A stretch of 63,804 nucleotides of DNA, counting the filler, from Licmophora abbreviata (lineage: Eukaryota), in assembly GCA_900291995.1 (NCBI GenBank). It is 13 parts of 13 records of this genome, joined end to end, with 100 filler letters (N's around TTAATTAATTAA, not from the genome) between each part and the next. Parts side by side here need not be neighbours in the genome. Positions count along the whole stretch, not along the records: positions 57,846 to 61,295 come from OLMU01000215.1; positions 61,396 to 62,634 come from OLMU01000224.1; positions 62,735 to 63,804 come from OLMU01000228.1; 10 more parts are not named here. One strand, written 5' to 3'. This document shows positions 58,750 through 63,804 of this stretch, in pieces; position 1 is the first letter of the stretch, and each line of letters opens with the position of its first letter. The notes beneath the pieces are model-generated. The model searched no databases and was not told where the DNA came from. It saw nothing but the letters and a program-made list of their open reading frames with translations. A program made the translations under genes and the position numbers.

Positions 58750-58846
58750 TCAGTGACGTCTCTAGATTAGAAGTTAGAATACTCTTCTATTTGTCAGCCC
58801 TTCAGTGACGTCTCTAGACTACGGAGTAGAAGATAGAATACTCTTC
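58750..58846 (+). repeat. Imperfect direct duplication, period 52 nt
   Basis: tcagtgacgtctctaga...tagaagWtagaatactcttc occurs at 58750 and 58802. Confidence 0.85.
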
Positions 58847-58914
58847 CTTTCTCATTCCTTCGGCCGTTCGCGGACTCGCAACATCAAAACGCGCACACAA
58901 ACAAGCCAATGGAT

Positions 58915-61295
58915 CTACTCAGCGACGCGTTGCTTTTTCTGGGGACTTCCCTGCTCGTCCTCGGAGCCGACAGGCGCCGGCGACGCGTTTTCGTCCACTT
59001 CCTCTTCACTATCGTCGTCCCCACCGTTGGCGAGGCCACGCTTAGCCGCGCGCACAAAGGCGTCGGGATTCCAGTCCGTCGGGCTATCGAATCCAAAGGG
59101 CCCGTTGAACACAAATAGCACCGTCATGGCATCTACCTCCATGTCGTAAAGATTAGGAAGTAACTTTGGAGTGATAAGAAAGTACTGACCAGAGTGGTTA
59201 GTCAGGTCGCTGCCCTCTGGCGGTCTAGAGCTGTTCTGGACGATACGTTTAAACACCAGTCGTTCGTTTCGCTCGTCTAGACCTTGATTGATCTCGTCGA
59301 CGCAGCGAAATGGGCTGACCATAAGCTCCTGCAGGGCCATAAGGTACATGATCGTACTAACAGAGCGTTCTCCTCCGGACTGAACCTGAGCCGAAAGCCG
59401 CTGCAACTTGGAAGCTTCACGGAACTTGACCATGATCTGGATACCCCATTCCTTGAAACTTCCTGTCTCGCTGCTCCCACTGCCACGGCCTTGGCGCCGA
59501 GAGTCGTCAACCTCCCCTTTACTGAGACGGATTTCACCTGCAGGATCGAACAGCCATAGTAAGTTCGAGAGCACGCGATTCGGTACAAACAGTTGCTCAG
59601 AAAGAACTCCGACTTACCCAGATTTCCTAGTTCAACCATATACCGCGCAAACAATGCGTTGACTTGGTCAACAGCATTCTGCAGAGATTTTTCCCATGGT
59701 GTTCTCACTTGTTCTATCTCTTGAAGCTTTGCATCCTTGGAGTCTGAGAGGTCGCTCAGCTGTGCACGAACCCGCGCAATCTCAACCTTTCGTTCTTCGT
59801 ACCGGCGAATGACATCAGGATTCGCGTCGATTGAGTTTATCTTGGCGTTCGCCTCCTCGAGCGCAGCTTCAGTCTCCTCCACCGTGTTGACTTGGATTGC
59901 GTCAAGCTGGGCTTTGAGTGGAAGCTCGGTTTCTCCATCTTCGTCGAGCAAGGGGGCCTTCTCGTTCGCGAGTTGCTTCATCTCCATCATGCACTGCTTG
60001 GCGTTCTTGAACGCTTCGACTGCAGCCTTCGTCTGCTCTTCGAGCTCCCGGAACTCAGCCTGGCCCTCATCGAGCTGTTCTCTGAGAAACGAAAGATTTA
60101 AGAAGACAAGGCGGTTAGAGGACGAAAGGAGAAGACACAGCGTTCGAAACACCACATGTCGACGCTAGTACTTACTTGGCGCGACGCTCTGCTGCAACCA
60201 ATCCATCCTGATTGATACGGACACCGGCGGTGGAAAAAGTGGATTCCATGACGCGACGATGGGAATCGGCGTGCGCATCGAGGGCACCAACACAGCTTGC
60301 AACACGAGCCATGAGCTTGCGCAAGACAGTTTCCTTCTCTTCAGCGTTATCGACATTGGCACGATCCTCTGCTTGCTTCAATTTGCGCCGGGCAGCGCCC
60401 AATTTTTGATGGAGCTTCTGTAGCGTGATCTGTGCCGCCTTGGCTTCCTTCAGCGCTGAGCTCACTTGCTGCTGGTCGCGCTGCAGTTCCACAAAAGCAT
60501 CCTTGGCCTCGTGGAACTTGGCGTCGAGTTCCTGGAAGCGCTTGTTGCCATCGGCCACGAGCGTCTCGAGTTTGGCCTTCGCTTCAGGCTTGGTTCCGGC
60601 AGCGAGAACTCTCGGCGGGCCGACATCGTCGACACTCAACGACGATTTCTTGGAGTAGCGAGACACCATCGAGACGTACCGATACGTGGAACCTCCCTTG
60701 CTGGAGAAGACACACGAGCCCTGTAGCTCGGAACCTCCGCCTTCTTTCTGAGCAAGCAACTCGAGCAGGCCACTGCGGTCCAGGCTTTCCTGTGTCTTGT
60801 CGGTACCGATCAGAGCCTTGTGAACTTGAGCGCCGAGTCGAAGAGCCTCCATGATGGGATCGGGAGCCGAAAAGGATTCATCCATGTAACCCATGATGCC
60901 GTGCTCACGTTTCAATGTCTGCATTTTCTGAGCAGAATACTGACGGTTGACGGGCGCCAACTTGCCGTTCTCGACGATGGTGACGTTGATTGGAACGTTA
61001 TTCTTCTGGCGAATCTCACGGTAGAGCAGATCGTAATCTTCCTTGCATTCGACGACAAACGTCTTGAGAAGATGGTTGGGCACATGAAACTCCAGACATG
61101 CCGCGGCATTGTTGTTCCTACTATTGATCTCGCAAGCAATCGGTCCATGCACGGGACGACGGAAGCGCTTTCGATTCTGGTCGATCCAGGTGCAAATTTT
61201 CTCCATGTTGTTGTACTGACGAAAGACACGTTGACGACGCTGTGCCTTTTCGTCCTGCAAGCGCTTCAACTTGTCCGAGGCGAGCTTGACCTCGT
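58915..61295 (-). CDS. SMC5: Structural maintenance of chromosomes protein 5 (5' half in or beyond the gap)
   Basis: Hinge VHGPI and coiled coils, then QSGGERSVST, PFRCVDEINQGLDERNER and QYFLITPKLL. Introns 60175..60082 and 59617..59538. Confidence 0.93.
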
Positions 61296-61521
61296 NNNNN
61301 NNNNNNNNNNNNNNNNNNNNNNNNNNNNNNNNNNNNNNNTTAATTAATTAANNNNNNNNNNNNNNNNNNNNNNNNNNNNNNNNNNNNNNNNNNNNCGCTT
61401 TGTGAGTGCGCGATGAGCACAGCACGCGCGTGTCGCCGCCGACAGTTGCGACAAAGCGAAGTCATCACATCACCATCACGCTGCCAAATCGTTTCATGCT
61501 ACTGAACATGATACAGCGGAG

Positions 61522-62622
61522 ATGATCCGCTTCTCGCAGAAATACTGGATGCTGGCTTCTGTGGCTGGAGCTTTCTTTTCATGCGACGAAACAGCCGGAT
61601 TTTCTCAGCACCACCATCAATACCGGCTCAGTGCCGGGCTCCCATCACCTACTTCTAATACGCTCTTGACCAGAGGCATCGTCCTGTCGACGCTGACGCA
61701 GGGCAGGTCACGGAAAAGATGTGCTCACATTAAATTGGCTTCGTCGCCTCACAGCGCAAGAACATCGTTAAAGATCGAGGCTCCTCGTGGTGCGACGGTC
61801 CTTTCAGATGATCCGCTCGTATACGTCGTTCCGAATCTTCTGACTCCCGACGAGTGCAACGCCTACATTCACCGTGTCCAAGCTTTATCCGAAGACAAGT
61901 CTCGAACCATGACTCGCTCGAATCCCCCGCAAGTATCCGTTGACATCTCGAAGCTTTGGCCGCTTCCCTTTCTATCGATCGGTGCAGGTATCCCACCCCT
62001 TTGCAGGCTTGTCGACGCACATCAATTGTCGCTCGACTCTGTGCTGCGAACTACATTGCCGCGGATCGGACTTGCTTGGGTCATCATGAGTCTCTTGGTC
62101 GCAGGTGCCGTTCCCCTGATACGTCTCCTGTCACAGTCTTCGTCCCGTACAAGCGACGCCATGGCTTTCAATTTAGAACAAGATGTCAACTTTGTAAGGG
62201 GTCTCGTTGACCGAGTCTGTGACATATCGGGCCATCCATGGCAGTCATGGGAGGCACCCGTCGTCACTCGATATGAACCTGGGGCTGTATTTTCTCGCCA
62301 CGGGGACTCATCGCCTACACGAGGATCCGAGTGGTCGGATCTTGGAGGACAACGTATCGTAACGTGCATCTGCTATCTCAACTCTCCATCTCAAGGCGGC
62401 GAGACCTCATTCGATCGACTCCAACTAGCTGTCAAACCAACCCAGGGAAGTGCGCTAGTTTTCTTTCCTGCTGACAAGGATACGTTGGTAGCAGACGATC
62501 GGACGATGCACGAGTCGTTACCACCCGCAGACGAGAAGTGGATTGTACAAATGTTTGGACGAGTCGACCGTGTTCCGCCGCCATTAGGTCTTCCAGCTTC
62601 ATACGCCACGCAGGGGAGCTAA
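61522..62622 (+). CDS. Prolyl 4-hydroxylase-like 2OG-Fe(II) dioxygenase, probably plastid-targeted
   Basis: Motifs LSDDPLVYVVPNLLTPDEC, RTS, HGD, YLN, GGETSF, MHESLP and KW. The leader ends TAG-FSQ. Confidence 0.88.
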   Translation: MIRFSQKYWMLASVAGAFFSCDETAGFSQHHHQYRLSAGLPSPTSNTLLTRGIVLSTLTQGRSRKRCAHIKLASSPHSARTSLKIEAPRGATVLSDDPLVYVVPNLLTPDECNAYIHRVQALSEDKSRTMTRSNPPQVSVDISKLWPLPFLSIGAGIPPLCRLVDAHQLSLDSVLRTTLPRIGLAWVIMSLLVAGAVPLIRLLSQSSSRTSDAMAFNLEQDVNFVRGLVDRVCDISGHPWQSWEAPVVTRYEPGAVFSRHGDSSPTRGSEWSDLGGQRIVTCICYLNSPSQGGETSFDRLQLAVKPTQGSALVFFPADKDTLVADDRTMHESLPPADEKWIVQMFGRVDRVPPPLGLPASYATQGS

Positions 62623-62988
62623 CATCTGCTGGCANNNNNNNNNNNNNNNNNNNNNNNNNNNNNNNNNNNNNNNNNNNNTTAATTAATTAANNNNNNNNNN
62701 NNNNNNNNNNNNNNNNNNNNNNNNNNNNNNNNNNGACACGAATCCTCTGGCAGGACGCGAGGTAATGTACTGCCACTCCGGCGGTCTCGAGGGTGTGAAC
62801 AGCCAAATGACTCGGTACAAGTACAAGGGTCTTGTTGATCTAGAGGATATTCAGCTACCGACAAAGCGACTCAAACCGAAATCTATACGACGCGCCGTTT
62901 GAATTTCTGTTAAGTTGCTCTACCGACTGTATTGAGGCCGCTGCCGACTTGCCCTCAAAGTCTCAGTAGACTACAGAATAACCGCGCG

Positions 62989-63804
62989 ATGTTTTGTGCC
63001 GCGCGTCCCGCGGCGAATCTTGCAATCATCGAATCGAATCTGTTTCGCATCGCAGAGTTTGAGAGTCCTGTGTTGGCGCCGCAACACGATGAGACTTTTC
63101 TTTCGAAGATCTTTCCCCCTTGCGACCACGCTTCTACATCGTCGCATTGGTTGCAGCACCGGTTCCAGAAATTTCTTTTGCAAGGACCGAAAATGTCACC
63201 CTCACCCTCCTCTTACTTTACAGACTTCACAACACGCAAGGCGATATTCTATTTTGCTGCAATTGGATATGTCGTGGGAGTATCTATTGTGGCTTGCCTC
63301 GAGCCATTCATGGATCATGATGAGTGTGACGAACAGTTCACTGCAGAGTTCGGTAACCCTATCTACAACGAGAACCAATGCCGTCATAGGCGCATGTCCA
63401 AACTGCTCTTTCTAACGCCGGACGAATGCTCATTTGCGCGACGTCTCGTCATGTCGGTGATTCTCGGAAGCGTCATCGGGTGGGAGCGACGACAGGCCGA
63501 TCGTCCCGCCGGAATCCGGACGATGTCGTTGGTTTCTCTCGGCGCTTGTTTGTTTACCATTGACTCGACCTTCGCCTTCTTAGACGGCCCCATGACATGG
63601 GATGCCTCTCGTATTTCGGCCGCCATTCCTTCAGGAGTTGGGTTCCTTGGTGCAGGGCTAATCTTCAAGGAGTCGGAAAAAGATGATATGACTGGAGAAA
63701 GCAACCATGTTGTTCATGGGCTGACAACAGCTACCTCTGTGTGGCTGTCGGCTGCCGTCGGTGTTGCCTGTGGAGGCGAACTCTATTTCGCAGCTTTCTT
63801 TGGA
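62989..63804 (+). CDS. MgtC/SapB family membrane protein (runs off the window end)
   Basis: The frame is open from 62914 to the window end. Motifs LGSVIGWER..RPAGIRTMSLVSLGACLFTI, DASRISAAIPSGVGFLGAG and HGLTTATSVW. ATG at 62989 or 63193. Confidence 0.88.
   Translation, partial: MFCAARPAANLAIIESNLFRIAEFESPVLAPQHDETFLSKIFPPCDHASTSSHWLQHRFQKFLLQGPKMSPSPSSYFTDFTTRKAIFYFAAIGYVVGVSIVACLEPFMDHDECDEQFTAEFGNPIYNENQCRHRRMSKLLFLTPDECSFARRLVMSVILGSVIGWERRQADRPAGIRTMSLVSLGACLFTIDSTFAFLDGPMTWDASRISAAIPSGVGFLGAGLIFKESEKDDMTGESNHVVHGLTTATSVWLSAAVGVACGGELYFAAFFG

Noticed and set aside
10554..62734. Repeated TTAATTAATTAA palindrome as a biological repeat or CRISPR
   Set aside because: It is always centred in exactly 44+44 Ns and gives stops in all six frames, so it is an assembly linker.
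432..63704. Numerous antisense or alternate-frame ORFs in the track (e.g. 2670..3200, 35095..35559, 63384..63704)
   Set aside because: They are shadows of well-supported genes on the other strand or frame.

Overview
Gene-dense (about one gene per 1.7 kb) eukaryotic nuclear DNA, most likely from a diatom or close stramenopile. This is inferred from short GT-AG introns, bipartite plastid presequences (a clear ASAF motif on a triose-phosphate translocator), and diatom-type TKL kinase, ankyrin and HA-repeat families. Twelve identical 100-nt artificial spacers (N44-TTAATTAATTAA-N44) break the window. At least two genes read correctly across a spacer, so those spacers are ordered scaffold gaps. About 36 protein-coding loci are supported. 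They include a TPR-Aha1 co-chaperone, a RETSAT-like oxidoreductase, TPT, Rab, RPA12, a kinase with a tandem pseudogene, a phosphate carrier, an MHS-family MFS transporter, a SNF2-RING helicase, glutaminyl cyclase, TYW3-Kelch, NAA60, EFG1, ALG6, TFB4, annexin, SMC5, P4H, and an MgtC/SapB gene missed by the ORF track. I found no rRNA, tRNA, CRISPR array or intact transposon, and no convincing multi-gene novel system. The best leads are single proteins with unusual targeting, architecture or degenerate active sites, plus two recurrent non-coding motifs. All family calls come from motif recognition by eye; no database searches were run.
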